NCBI RefSeq assembly: GCF_032062105.1
Contig: NW_026930495.1
Coordinates: 62,001-126,000 of the forward strand
DNA from: Saccostrea cucullata
Taxonomy: Eukaryota
Direction of reading: 5' to 3'
DNA: 64,000 nt
A program made the translations under genes and the position numbers. Of this stretch, positions 1 to 13,917 are shown piece after piece (positions within the stretch are counted from its first letter, which is position 1; each line of letters begins with the position of its first letter). The notes beneath the pieces are model-generated. The model was not told where the DNA came from and did not search any database. It saw only the letters and a program-made list of their open reading frames with translations.

Positions 1-128
1 AATCCTGAATATATTGCATCATGTTTCCCTTCCTGGATTCTTCATCTTCAATCATCCCAAAAGAGTCTCTATACCTAATTCTGCATTCTAATTTCTTATC
101 ATCTCCTCAAACATAAAAAGGTTTTTAT

Positions 129-3100
129 CTAGCCTCGGAAGTTGTTCTTCTCATCTCGTAAGAATCCCATGGTCGATACAGGGTCACTCTTCCCACAGTG
201 TTTCTGCACATGAGCATCTCTGAAAAATGAGCAATAGTATTGATTCCATTTACGTGAATTAAGTGTATCAGTTTTATTTATCCTGCAATAAAATTTACAA
301 TCACATTATATTTATCAAATTTTTACTTTAAAGAAATATGACAATTTGCATAAATATAAAATATTACAAAAGGTATTTTTTGAATTTGTTCAAGAGCATT
401 TTTCTACATCCAGAATTTGCTGAACTATCAAAGATTTTTGCAGGAGAAATCGATTTAATTCTAAATATTAGGTTGAATTTCTTTCCTCAGCAATTAATTT
501 ATAAAAAAAAACCTTGATTACAACTGAAATGCATACAATATCAGCATACTTTGGATTGCAGATTTCCACAAAAATCACCTTTTTAACTTGTCAATGAGTT
601 ATCGCCCACATCAGAGGGGACAATGCACCTTTAAGCTGCAAATAACACAGTCATATAATTAAATGTGTAACAAGTTTCCTACTTACTCAACTCTCATAAA
701 TGGGTTGAATTTGAGTTCTTCTTCAATTGTTGATGGGATTGTTGGACAATTCTTAGCTCTCTGGTCCTGCAAAGACATAACTTGTAAAATTTAGTCATAA
801 AAGTCAGACACATATACTACATATATAGAATCCCTTGTGTTGATGTGAGGGTAGTGCCCTGATACCTGTAATAAAGAAAAGTCAAACATATGCATCGTTT
901 TAGCAAATGGTATGTTGGCATAAGTTGGATGTATTTTCAATTTATATGATCAACTTTCATTCATTGAAATTTTGTATCAAATGGTACATTAAAGAAATAA
1001 TTAATTGATTCGTAGAACAAACTTAACAATGAAAAATATAAGGCAACACATGAGGAATACAGATGTGTGTCATAGTAACATTTACCTTGGCCCAGGCAAA
1101 TTTCTCCTTTATAGTTTGATTCTCTGGTTCCACATGGAGGGCATATTTTAGATTGTTCACTGTGTACTCATGTCCACAAAACACACGCTATATTGAGAGC
1201 AAAAAAAATATGACAAGTTGTAAGACGGTTTGAAAATTTTGGTGTTAATTAACAAGTTTATCATATTCCAAAATACCTTTCAATTACTCATTACCAATAT
1301 TTATATCTATGCTCATAGAAAAAGTTCAGTTTTCATCAAATGATAAAATGCCACCATGAACTGAGAAGCGTTCCCTTTAAAGCCCCACTATACACTTATG
1401 ACAAAAGTAATTCTGGACAATGTGAAAAATAAATGTATGTACATGTATTATATGTAAATGTTGAGTTTAATATTTCATTTTCAATCTCATATGAACTTCA
1501 TATTAAAATAGTGAAATAACATTCTAATAACTTTATGTTCATACATATACGTTTACAATTTAATACTAAACTGTATTTCCAGGCAGCTTGGATAAAATTG
1601 TGACCAGGGCTGAATACATCATGTCTGCCGTTCCCTCAAAAAACTTTCCACAACCTCCCACAAATAAGGTGTCCCCTTAAACACAGAAAATACAAACTAC
1701 AACAAGGTTTCTTCTAAAACAAGTAAAAGATAAAAGATATATTTATATTCATGTATACTAAAACAAAGGTGACCTCTGAAACAAAAAACTGTACATTAAA
1801 ATAAGGTGTCTGTAGCATTGATGTTTTTGCATACCTTACCTAGAAACATTGATATCTCTGTAAACCTTACCTGTAAACATTAATGTCTCTGTGAACCTTA
1901 CCTGTAAATATTGATATCTCTGTGAACCTTACCTGTAAACATTGATATCTCTGTGAACCTTATAAACATTGATGTCTCTGTGAACCTTACTTGTAAACAT
2001 CAATTTTTCTGTGAACCTTACTTGTAAACATTGATGTTTCTGTGAACCTTACCTGTAAACACTGATGTCCCTCTGTGAACTTTATATCTGTAAACATTTT
2101 TTTTGTGAATCTTACCTGTAAACACTACTGGCTGCTCTCCTGTGGGGCTGGTAACAAAGTAACAGATATGACCTGTTGTGTGACAGGGAGTAAACAAACA
2201 CTTCACATCCAGATTTCCTACCTAGAGAAAAATATTATCTTACATGTACAATTACTCTGATGGTCCTTAAAATGAATAGTATTTAAAATTAGTCATCTCT
2301 AATACATTTCATGACCGATTTTTTGTCTTTCTACATTACCTTTAAGTTACATTCTTTAAGATAATGGGTATGATTGAGTAATTAAAGGGCCCTATGTATA
2401 AGATAAACATCTACAAATCATGATTTTGTTTACAAAGTTTTTATAGATAGAAGTATGAGGTGCCGTTATGGTATTTACTGGCAAAATGTGATATCACCTA
2501 TTCGAATTGGTGATGTCACCTATTGGAAATGAATAGGTGATATCACTATTCGAATAAGTGATATCACCTATTCATGCTGAAAAGGTGATATCACCTATTC
2601 GAATAAGTGATATATCACCTATTTGAATAGGTGATATCACCTAATCAATTTGAGTTGGTGATATCACCTATTTAAATTTCTTATAACATTAAATAATGAA
2701 TGCTCCCTATAATATACAGATTACCACTGGAATCAAGAAAATTCGGACTACCCAGTTTTCATGCGTTTTTCCAATTTTTCTTAAAGTTTACATGATAGAT
2801 AAGTGAAATAAATTAATTTGTGAGCAAAACAAACTAAAATTTCTATTGGGGTTGATTAAATGTAATCTATTGTCTCCTAGAATGATGAGTTATAAAACGA
2901 AAGTGAAAGTAAATAAGATTTACGGACCTATAGTCTTGGGAGCTGTTGTTATTTCATAAATAATTTGAGTAGGTGATATCACTTTTTGGCTGTAAATACC
3001 AAAATGGCACCCCATAGATAGTAGTCATTTTCTTTCATGTGCATGAACAATTAAGAACTTTACCTTAAACTGGTCTCCGTGCCCCACTTTTTTATTTAGA

Positions 3101-4491
3101 GCCGGCACTCTCTCATCACCTCCACAGACGGTGATCTTTTGGTCCGGGAACTAGTTTCACTAATTTATCATTTCCATTGGCATGATCCCTGAAAAAATTC
3201 CATTTTTCCATTTTCAAATACTGCAAAGCTACACATTACTTAAAAAAATTACAATATATTTAATACATATTGGAGTGATATTGTTTTAAAATTTGTGCTC
3301 TGATTTGTTTATGCAGTTACCAGTGATGATGCGTTGTTAGAATTGTTGTTAGGGTACACTTCTCTTCTTTAACAGCTTCTATTATCTGTAAAAGTAAATT
3401 AAATGGATTTTGAACAATATCTTCAAGTAAAGATGGTAAATGCATACTCTATTTTATCTTTGCGTAAATGTTCCTTTGCATAAAAATGTGCTTTTTTCAA
3501 CAGTTATTTACCACCACTTGTTTGTAGCATGCAATAGTCATCCAGCAGATTACAGGTGGACAGACAAACAAAGGTCCCTCTGTGCCCCCCCCCCCCAATA
3601 AACAACAACCTTCTCTGGTTCCACCGGGTCTACTGCAGCACACTGTCGTGTCTCTTCATCCACCAGGAGGTACATATAATTATCCTCCAACGCAGGGACT
3701 AGCCTGATCTTCATGTCTGGCTGGGACACAGTGATTGGTTTGGAATGAAACTGCTTTGATGTTGAAGTCAATAATGCCACTGAACCAGCTGTTAGCAAAC
3801 AGTAAATAATTAAATGTATTGTGTTTAAAATTTAATTCGAGTTTTAAATTCACTTATTTTTACTGTTTTACCTTGATCATTTGTATTCTTTAAAAGGAAA
3901 GTTCAGAATTCAGAACAAAGTCTTTTTACTAGATTATATAACCCATAGTGAAAATATTTACACAAAAATCTATTCAATGTGTCAGATTTAACTCTTATTA
4001 AGTAAGTTGTAATATCTAAATGGTAACAAATACACCTTTCTAGCCTATATAAAGACGGGAGGATTGCTGATCATGCTTAATGAAAAATTCTGTTAATAGT
4101 TATCTATCTGCTAATATTGATCTGTTGATGAGTTGTGTATATCGGTAGAATACGCAGAAGAAATCAGTATGTCCCTTATAATTCTCGGTTAGTATTCAGC
4201 TCAGACTAACCCCTTCATTGGTAAAGATTTCAGTCCAAATTAATATCCAGCCAAGCCGAATCTCAGCGTAGCAGTCCAAAAAGCCAAGCCGAAACTCAAC
4301 CGAGATTATCTGTCCCTTCAACGTTAATTTACGCCTAATTAACCTCTGAATTATAAATTTACTTATAGAAATCATTATCAGAAGTTAATTTTTGCAAGAT
4401 TAAATCAATTTAAGTGCATGACAGCTAAATTACCTCGAGAAAATGTAGCCTTCGCAATAAATGCGAAGTTAGAGGAAATTCGCGCAAACAT
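129..4491 (-). CDS. HAGH: Hydroxyacylglutathione hydrolase (glyoxalase II), 9 exons, with mitochondrial-type N-terminal extension
   Basis: Exons 4434-4491, 3610-3788, 3321-3385, 3064-3188, 2116-2221, 1572-1675, 1086-1187, 687-766, 129-219, all GT-AG. Motifs: [67 protein letters not shown]. One extra base in exon 4 shifts the frame. Confidence 0.96.
1832..2122. repeat. ~31-bp tandem repeat (~9 copies) containing the HAGH exon 5 donor site
   Basis: Unit ctctgtgaaccttacctgtaaacattgatat; on the sense strand it reads TTTACAG|GTAAG, the same as the real junction at 2115/2116. Confidence 0.9.
2454..3016. mobile_element. MITE with ~50-bp imperfect terminal inverted repeats and internal AGGTGATATCACCT palindromes
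   Basis: Left end tatgaggtgccgttatggtatttactggcaaaatgtgatatcacctattc matches the reverse complement of the right end (tatggggtgccattttggtatttacagccaaaaagtgatatcacctactc). Confidence 0.8.
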
Positions 4492-5929
4492 TTATGAAAA
4501 GTAAGTCAAACATAGTTTATTCGCGAAGAACTAGCAACGTACTTAAAATATGTTAGTTTTCATAATTATTGGAAGTTTAGAAGTGCATGATATGAGCGAT
4601 AAAATTTGCACCAAATGCTCTTCTTGATTTTTTTTACAACTTTTGCCAGGCCCGTAGGAAGACAATTTGGTGGTGGGAGGGGAGGGAGGGCATTTATTTA
4701 GGGTACATATAAGCATATAGCTAAGTAGCTTTGTTTTCTATTGTATTCTATATATTTATCTATTTAAATATACTTGCCATATATAGACCCCTACGTAGTA
4801 TCGGGGAGGGGGGTTCTCTCCAGACAAAATTTCTTTTTAAAGAAAATGTTCATTGAAAGCCGTTTGCATGGCCCCCACTTTTGGTTGCAGCATTGTCAAA
4901 TGAGGTTAAGGGTAATGTAGTTTTTGAGTCAAAAAATTGGTACTTAAAGAATTTGGAACATGCACTCCCATAGACCACTTATTTTTCATGTAAGTTTAAT
5001 TTTTTCTGGGTCTGCCAAACAGTTTGGTTGTTATACAAATGTACCTTTTACTTAATTCCATTTACCTGCACAACAGTTCAGTCGAACTCCACTGATATAG
5101 CTGACTCCGCCCATTCTGTGACGTAAGAGGTCCAACATCTCATCGACAGATCCAACATCTCACTATGCGGTCAAACAACGATTGTCTATGCCCGCTCAAA
5201 AACATTAGAATTGTTAAACTTTTTTGGTATAGAATTATATAGGACACATTTTTAAGGTATAAAAATGACAAGATGTTATATAATAGTATGCTGATACTAA
5301 AAAGTTTCTGATTGACAAGTAGACCTCTTTATATACTTTTACTGTGTAGCAATCTGTTTCTTATTCGAATATTTTGCTCGAAAAACACGTTCATGGTGAC
5401 CTTGCAACAAAATTTTAATTGTGATACTGGAGTATAATTCTGAATGTGGTGACATTTTAATTCAATTTTTCTATCGCCACCTTCTCTTACCGTTATGTAG
5501 CAATGTATAACCTCATCACCTGCATATTCAATCGTCTGTTAACAGCAAATTAGATCTTAACATCAAAGGGATACTGGCTTGGTAGTAAGTGGCTATACCA
5601 TCAGGTATCGACTGCATCGTGTCATTCCCTGTTTAGGGAGATATATATCGTCACATCAGGACCCAACTCTGATGGTGTCTTCACCATCAATGTTGGGATG
5701 CTAGTAATCGCCGATTGAACCACGTAATGTCCTTAGATGAGTCGAGGTTCTCTGTGGACTTGCTACATGGGAGTCGGAAGCAAACTGAAAGGAGGGAGGG
5801 GGGGCTAATCGAAAGTGGGGGGGGGGGGGGGCTAAACAACAAAAAAAGGTAAATTCCAATTTTCAATGCCTATATACCCGGTACCTCTACTAAAAAGTCC
5901 CTATATATAATAAAGTCCAACAGTTCGAA

Positions 5930-6430
5930 TGCTTTCTCGGACTGTCGGTTCAGGAACTGTTAAAATTGACTGTTGAAAAAGACTTGCCAGCATAACAGAC
6001 TTGCATACCGTTGCTGGACATGTCACAGGGTAGTACTATCGGAACATCTTTGCGCCCCATGCTGTGCCGTTTGCGTGTCGATATATGCCATGATGGCCAG
6101 CGTTTCATTTTTCAAGATGACAATGCCAGATATCATAAGGCCAGGATTGTTACAGAATGAAGATTATCTCCAACAACAGAATATCACCATATTTATTAAC
6201 ATGGCGCGCACTCAGCCCGGATCACTCCTCATCGAGCATGCCTGGGATGCATGCCCTGGATGTTTGGACACCGGCACGCCAACATCAATGTTCAACATAA
6301 TGCCAGTGTCCAAGAACTTGCTGCATCACTTCACTGCAACAGGAATGGAATAACCTTCTCCAAATCTCATTAGGAGTATGTCGAATCCGAGTTTGTCTGG
6401 CCAACTGAGGGGGTTTTACCCGCTACTGAC
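5930..6430 (+). mobile_element. Decayed Tc1/mariner transposase fragment
   Basis: Frame-broken FQDDNAR.H.AR, SPD...IEHAWD and terminal GG.TRY-stop motifs of DD34E transposases. Confidence 0.75.
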
Positions 6431-8657
6431 TCTGTTTCACAATGGTGGAAAATTTGATGTGTGACCCCGTGATGGTGTTGACCCTTTTTCTGGATAATCT
6501 GCTTTTTTTGCCGTACGCAGGGTTTCGAAAAATTCATGAGTTTTTACTAATAGTGTTTTCCTGCCATTTGTTTCCTTCCCGACATCATTATGCAGTTAAT
6601 TGTCTTTGTAAATCCAATATCCCCACAAAGAATTTTAAAGATAGGTATATATGAATATCTTTTCACCATTTTGATCTTTTTTTTTTTTAAATTTCAGTTT
6701 TTTGTTCTTTTTTCTCAATGACATTGAAAATCAGTCTGGATAAAATAAAGCGAGGCCCATGGGCCACAATACTCACCTGAGTAACTGGCTCTTCTTCATT
6801 AGCAGAGATTTTCCTATATACATGTATTTACATGAAAAAATGTGATCACCCATAAAAGCTAACCTCCATTAGATGATTTGGCTCCTGTCTTAAATGCCAG
6901 AGGAGGTCTTGTAATAATGTTTCTGTAGAAAAAAAAGTCATTTATTGACACCCAATTACAACCCAGCGTATGGATTTTGGAGAAAAACAAAAGCACATTT
7001 ATTTACACAACATTTTCAGGGCACCACCAGTTAACTTGAAAAAAGGCTTTCTTTCTAAACTGTTAGAGGAGTGTTGGGAACCAGGATTTTGTAGGTCCAT
7101 TTTGGTCACCATGCCAGGATAAAAATGAAAACCTTGTTGCACACCCGTAATAAATAATTTTTAATATTCTGGATTGCTGAATAATTCTTTAAAGGAATAA
7201 CAACAATTATAGGAAAAGCCTGGTTAATAAAACCCAGACTGGCATCAATTAATCCGAACTTTGTATAGAAAGTGCGAATAAAACTACATATTAAAAAAAA
7301 ATATATAGAATTGAGCTGCAGGATCCTGCCTGCAATTATTGATGAACAGATAATTTTAGTATGGTATAAAACCAGATGCAGTTTACTTATGGAACACAAA
7401 ATTATAGTGCAGTCAATGTGAAAATAAAATACGTTTGCTCAAGAGTTCAATATGCTGCTTCGTATTTCTGTGTTCACAGTCCAAAGCCTCCTCGCAGTGA
7501 CCCTGGGAATATGCAACCAGCAACTTCTTTTTGTGAGGAAGAATAACCTTTCGAATCTTCAGTTTGATATGATTAACATTACGCTCGAATCCTTGCCCGG
7601 CGATCTAGAAGAGTGTGCTGTGCAATGTGAAAGTACAAGCACTTGTCTCTCCTTACAAAGTATTTCCAGCACAAATGAATGTGTGCTGTTTAAAACTGTA
7701 CATTTCAGTAGCTTGAAAGCTGTTTAAATGGCTGGATGGAATTACTTTGTTAGGACTGGAGGTAGGAGGTTTCTGAAAATCATAGAAGATAAGTCCATTT
7801 AGATTAGATCTCTCTGCCATCAAAATACATTGCCGGGTTTGTCATATAAGGCCATTCCAAGTTTTTTCTATGTTTAGCGTCCGCGTGCGCCCTGGTTTTT
7901 GACACCCATGTCAGAAAAAACAAACAGAATCAGGAGTCCAAAAATTAATTATTAAGGTCAAATTTTGTGATTTCCGGCAATATCTATATATATTTGTACT
8001 GGAGTATAATATTTCAATATTGGAATAATTTCAGTATTTAATACCTTGATTTTACTGAAGAAAATAACGTTCTTTTATATGTGTATGAAATCATATCTTT
8101 TGAATTAATTCTTATTACTATGAAATATGTGTTTTATTTTTTTGACAAAGCTAGGTTTTTTGGGTGGACGCTAAACCGAGAAAAAACTTATTTTTTTATA
8201 TAATTTTTTTTTATATAAGTATGGTTTCCGTCATCATGGTACTAATATATAAATTATAAGACAAAAAGCTTCGATGTAAAAAGTAAGGATTTTACAATGG
8301 TAAAGACCTTCTGGCATCTGTCCAAATTTTCTTTCCCATAGAAGCATAGTTGCAAACCTACGTGAAAGTGTTAAGAAAGCAAATTGAAATTGCCCTTTAT
8401 TTTTTGAAAGGTAGATGTCGAGAAGGATTTAGTGATGCCAGGACTGTGGATATTTGCTTTAGATTTGTCGGTTATCACAACTTATTAAAGGGGCGTAAAG
8501 AGTGTTCCAGTAGGAAATCCAGTATTATAGCTATCCGCTCAGACGAGGAAAGGGACCTGCTGGAAAGACTGATGTGTAAGACCGATTTTTGAATACATGT
8601 ACAGTGTATATTTATTCATATTCTTCATTGTTAAGGAAAATGAATTTTAAAAGGAAA

Positions 8658-8840
8658 TACAGTGAAACACGTTTATAGCGAACACGCTTATAATGAATGT
8701 AAGGTTACAAAGAAGTTGGTTTCATTCCCATCGACTTTAATGAAAAATTTTGTTTAATTTACGATTTTTAAAAACTTAACGGATATAACGAATATAACGC
8801 TTATAACGATACAAAATCGTCCGTCTCAGGCAATTTGTTA
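8658..8840. mobile_element. Short MITE-like element; related decayed copy at ~43295-43493
   Basis: Starts tacagtgaaacacgtttatagcgaacacg; similar tactgtaaaacactgttcttgcgaacatgg...ttttactgta near 43295. Confidence 0.45.
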
Positions 8841-9294
8841 CTACCTAGTTGTTTAAAAAAATAAAATAACATAATGTTAGACAAGTGAAAAATAAGAAAG
8901 TAGCAGGTTGTAATTTCATTTGTAATTTTTATTTCGATGATTTTTGAGAAGTCCACTAGGTTTTACATTCATATATGATATAATTTTAACGCACTCCTTC
9001 TTTCGTTTTAAAATTAACTTTACAGGCAAAATAACGATTATTGTGTCATGGTGCGGTACTTTTTCTTTTGATATTGGCCATACTTTAAATCAGATAGAAA
9101 ACCTTTGGCTGAATTCCAACGTACTATAACTTCAAGGGGGCGGAGCTTAGCCGTACAATAACTTCCGACAGAATTCGATGGTTTTTGAATATTTTTTGTC
9201 AATTTATGTAAGCTTATACACAATTTCTAGAGGAAACATGAGAAATCTCACAGAATCTAACCCCCCCCCCTTCACTCTATAAATGCATACGTGA

Positions 9295-9479
9295 CAGGGA
9301 TGGGGTAATTGAACAAAAAAGTAACTATACTTGACTGTAATTAATTAATTACAGTTTTTGTAAAGTAATTATAAAGCAATTACATGATTTATAAACCCTA
9401 GCTGTAATTTAATTGAAGAGAAAGTCAAAGTAATTGTAATTTGATTAATTACTTTTTAATGTAATCGACTCCATCCCTG
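9295..9479. mobile_element. MITE with CAGGGATGG termini (hAT-like)
   Basis: cagggatgg at the left end, ccatccctg at the right end; interior rich in gtaatt/aattac. Confidence 0.65.
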
Positions 9480-11630
9480 AATTACGTGAAAACCATTTTC
9501 AAGAGAAATACATGTAAACTCATCAGTTAACTGCTTTAAACAAAAAATAAAAACAATACACAGAATTTCAAGAAAAAAACGTATATTCAATAAAAACAAG
9601 ATAATTTAAATCTGACAATATTGAAAACACGCGCAGTTCGATATTTTTCTTAAGTACCTGTTTCCTGGGTTCCTTAACTGAGTTACATGCACACTGATAC
9701 ATGTTCGTATAATATACAAGTATGCATTCGGACTTTTTTACAATGCATTCCATAATTTTGACACCTGTGGCTACCGTACTCCATTCGGATTTCCTCCGGA
9801 CATGCAACCATATCCGTAGTAACAGTAATGAAGCGGATCATTTTGCGGACGGATCCAGGTTTCCAGTACCTTATGGTTTTTTGAAATATTCATACTGCTT
9901 AAATTAATCCATCAAATACAATTGCACACTCTTTTAACATCGCTTGACTTTCCAATGCAGCCATCTCCTTCGTACTTTCTGATTTGTTTGACCCGTCTAC
10001 GATGGACCTAGGCCCGTGACGTAATGTCGCGTGCAGTTTGATGTCGAGGGAGTGGCTATGCAAATGACCATGACACAAGGCATTTACAGACACTTTCTTT
10101 CGTTTATAAGGAATTTATTATACAGAGACGCTTCGACTGCCACGCCTCTCTGTACAATAAATTCCTTACAAACGAAAGAAAGTACTGTAAATATAACTTA
10201 TACTTTTTTTGCCTCTTTTTACTATATATGTTGAACAAGTATACCATAGTCAGTATAAGAAGTATAAAACTTGCAATTTACATGGCATGCGAGTGTATGT
10301 CTTTATGCAGTGATTTTCATATATAATCTTTAAAAATCTAAATTTTTTTCGATGCGGGGAAAAAACATTTAAAATTGACCCAAATAGTTACATTCGTCGT
10401 GTATGACCCTTCTATGTGATTGACTTATTCTGCAAAAGATCTTTTCAATCATGATGAAAATTTCATATTGCTTCATATTGTATGTACAGTTGTATGTATA
10501 TTTTAAAGAAATATGTCAATTATTTTTTCAGTTTCTTTGTTTGAAAGCAGTTCGAAGTCACCTCAGAATAAACCTTACATCCAAGGACACTGGAATGGGT
10601 CAGACTGGGTTCTAGATGATGGTAAACCACTAGAATACACTATACAATGGATACCGAGAACAGATCTCAGTCACGTGATGTATAACGATAACCTGCGATA
10701 TTTTCCATCACGTGACAAGATTGGATTTTGCAGTGGTGTACTTTCAAGACCAATATTTTGTGCGTATGACATTGTATGACTTTATTTTGAAAACATCGAA
10801 GCAGGAGTTTACATTTTATATTTAATTAATAGTATATTGTTTTGTAGTGATTGTGATTTAAAAAGTACGTTTCCTATGTTAATTAACTTAGATCTATTGA
10901 CTATTGTGGATTTATAATGGTAAAAAAAATTGATTTGACGAAGAGAAAAAAGATTTTACTCAGAAAGGCTCTATTAATGACGTGTAATTTGGTAAGGAAG
11001 CTTGAGAGGAAAATAAACATCACTGAAATTTAAAACAAGATTGCTTGATTGTAATGTAGTATGCCAATTTAACTCTCATTTAGTCGAATGATGACTTTTC
11101 TTATACTAATTGTTAGTCCAATAAAAATTAAGCATTATTAAGATTGTCTGCGGGTCATCATGAAAAGAAACACACGGCGGTTGTAACCGGTCGACAAAGC
11201 ATGTTAACTCCTCTATCGCACCTGATCCGACTCCGGTGTTTTAGAGGTTCTTATTTGCCCTGCTCCTGATTTGTACCTTATTTTTGACACTTTCTACAAA
11301 AAAAATGAATTTTATATTAAAGAAAAATCTATACTTAAAACATTGAAAAAAGATGAAGGCAAGTGCAATTACGAGCTAGACTTATCTCTTAACACTAAAT
11401 GGTCCGGAAGTTAAAAATATGGAAGTACTGAACAATACAGGCCCACAAAACAAAAACCTCTAAGCGTTTTTTAACATTAAATAACACCCACATATTTTTT
11501 TTCAATCATTTTAGAGAGAACTTTCATTAAAGGCTTTTATCTTGAAATAGAATACAAAAAAGATTTGTTTACTCTGCTTTTAAAACACTTGGGGTATAAG
11601 ATCATGATTTCATGTTTCATCAATATCCGC

Positions 11631-11676
<46 letters not shown>

Positions 11677-11800
11677 CATTTTGTCCGGCGTCCGTCTAGC
11701 TGTCCGTCCGTCTATCTGTCCGTCTGTCCGTCTGTCTGTAAACTTTTCACATTTTCGACTTCTTCTCAAGAACCCCTGGGCCAGTTTCAACCAAACTTGC

Positions 11801-11858
<58 letters not shown>

Positions 11859-12478
11859 CATTCAAGGGGAGATAATTGGGAATTAATGAAAATTTGGTGG
11901 TATGTTTTAAAAATCTTCTTCTCAAGAACCACTGTGCCAGGAAAGATGAAACTTATGGGGAAACATCTTCAGGTAGTGTAGATTCAAATTTGTTCAAATC
12001 ATGACCCCCGGGGGTAGGGCGGGGCCACAATGGCCGACCAAAGTTTAACATAGAAATATAGGAAAATTCTTTAAAAATCTTCTTCTCAAGAATAGCCTAG
12101 CCATAATTGATCATATTTATATGGAAGCATCCCCAGGTAGTGTAGATTCAAGTTTGTTCAAATCATGACCCCTGGGGGTAGGGCAGGGCCACAATGGCCG
12201 ACCAAAGTTTTACATTGAAATATATAGGAAACTTATGGGGAAACATCTTCAGGTAGTGTAGATTCAAATTTGTTCAAATCATGACCCCCGGGGGTAAAAT
12301 GGCCGACCAAAGTTTAACATAGAAATATAGGAAAATTCTTTATAAATCTTCTTCTCAAGAATAGCAAGGCCATTATTGATCATATTTATATGGAAGCATC
12401 CTCAGGTAGTGTAGATTCAAGTTTGTTCAAATCATGACCCCCGGGGGTAGGGCGGGGCCACAATGGCCGACCAAAGTG

Positions 12479-12513
<35 letters not shown>
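11631..12513 (+). mobile_element. Non-autonomous Helentron-type element (HINE/pearl-like) with internal satellite-like repeats
   Basis: Subterminal inverted repeats agctcacctgagc / gctcaggtgagc, (gtcc/gtct)n microsatellite, tandem core units (gtagtgtagattcaa...tgttcaaatcatgacccc), 3' hairpin ggcccatgggcc, T-rich insertion site. Confidence 0.88.
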
Positions 12514-12514
<1 letters not shown>

Positions 12515-12954
12515 GAATTATATATTCAAGTATGAGTAGCTTAATCATATTATTTATTTTTCAATATTCCACTCAAAAGTGCACATTTAAAAAGTGTAAA
12601 ATTGTCCAATTCTTAAATAGTCATCAGAGTAATCGTACTAGGTGACCCACCTTAATTTGAAATGTCCATTCGAAAAAGACAGATGCACATGTTTAAAAAA
12701 CATCATTGTAGATATTGTATTATTTATGGATTTTTTTTTTAGATCGGTAACTGTTTTTTATATATTATCTATACCTTTTACTTATGAAAAAATATCTGAA
12801 GGTTAAATTAAAGGAATGGAGATTAAAGGAATGGAGATTAAAAAGTACAAATGAGGAATTTTTTTTTTTATAAATATATAAGTGAAAACGTAACTCTCTC
12901 TCTCTCTCTCTCTCGACTATACTTGGATTTAAAATCCAACGATGATAAAGTTAT

Positions 12955-13345
12955 ATCACCTGCATATACTAAGTTTATATCTCTCAGTTGATTCGATACA
13001 CAAGAGCATGCTCCACGTATTAACAATTTCTAAAACGAGGTAAATTATTGACAAACAAGTTGATGAAACAAGAATACCAGGAGTCTCGTTTAAAGTAATC
13101 ATTTCGTAAGTTCTATGCTCGATACAATGACCTTGTCAGCAAATACAATTTATCATTGAGTCAAATGATGACTGACGTTTTTCATACTTATTGTTAGTCC
13201 ATTATTAACACTAAATTGACGACGGATTTTTCCGTTTTTTCCCGATCATGGCAGAGAACGCACGGTGGTGTGACCAGTCAACAGGGGACGATCACTCTTC
13301 CATGGCATCTGATCCCACCTCTGACGTTTTAGAGGCCCGTATTTG
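12955..13345 (+). mobile_element. 3' fragment of a Penelope-like retroelement (RT thumb remnant plus conserved tail)
   Basis: Translates to degenerate SPAY..VYISQLIRYTRACS...SFRKFY.RYNDLV, followed by the tail motif gtgtgacc.gtc.acagggg...ctgatcccacctc that recurs at ~11175 and, inverted, at ~16300. Confidence 0.6.
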
Positions 13346-13917
13346 CTCTACTCCTATTTCAGTATTTTGTATTGTTTCATCGACGGTTTTGAGTTTGAAT
13401 ACTGTTTATTATCACCATGCTTCATTCATCTCATTTGCCATACAATTTACAGTAAGTTTGTCCTTTATATCGTCTTTAATTTTTGTCGGTAAATATCCAC
13501 CTTTTAGTACAGATGTGGCAGACCTTGTGGTGCCTTTTATTACAGTTTCCTGGGACATACCAAGTCGACATGAGAACGGAAGTAATTCTTGCCAATGGAT
13601 AAAACATTGTCAGTAGGTTTATGTCTCAATGTCGATTAGTAAGTCATCTTTCCTTATCTTTTCACTATCCAAATTAAAAAAAAATGAATTCTGCTTTTAC
13701 AGGAATATATTTACATCCGCTGAATATTTTCTGCTTTATTTCTTAAGAAAACCCATTGCGTTAATCACTGCATGAACTACAATTGGCATGTCGCCTGTAC
13801 AGATTTCTTGATCAGTGGCTGTTCCATCAATGAAACGTATAAAAACGTTCGCATTATTAATACAATAATAAATCTTTTTAATCCTACTTTAAATGATTAT
13901 TTAAACAAATATAAATA

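Larger units (their letters stand above)
7452..10779 (+). pseudogene. Secreted PAN/Apple + C-type lectin-like protein, copy A, with in-frame TAA (pseudogene, null allele or base error)
   Basis: Exons 7452-7761, 8411-8575, 10532-10779 have the same phases as copy B. TAA at 7725-7727 aligns with a Ser codon in copy B, and the frame continues MAGWNYFVRTG. Confidence 0.75.

Noticed and set aside
5973-6353. 126-aa ORF as a host gene
   Set aside because: Off-frame reading of a decayed Tc1 transposase.
11612-11925. ORFs of 77 and 83 aa (similar ones at 24403, 28931, 52327, 55192)
   Set aside because: Chance frames within HINE elements.
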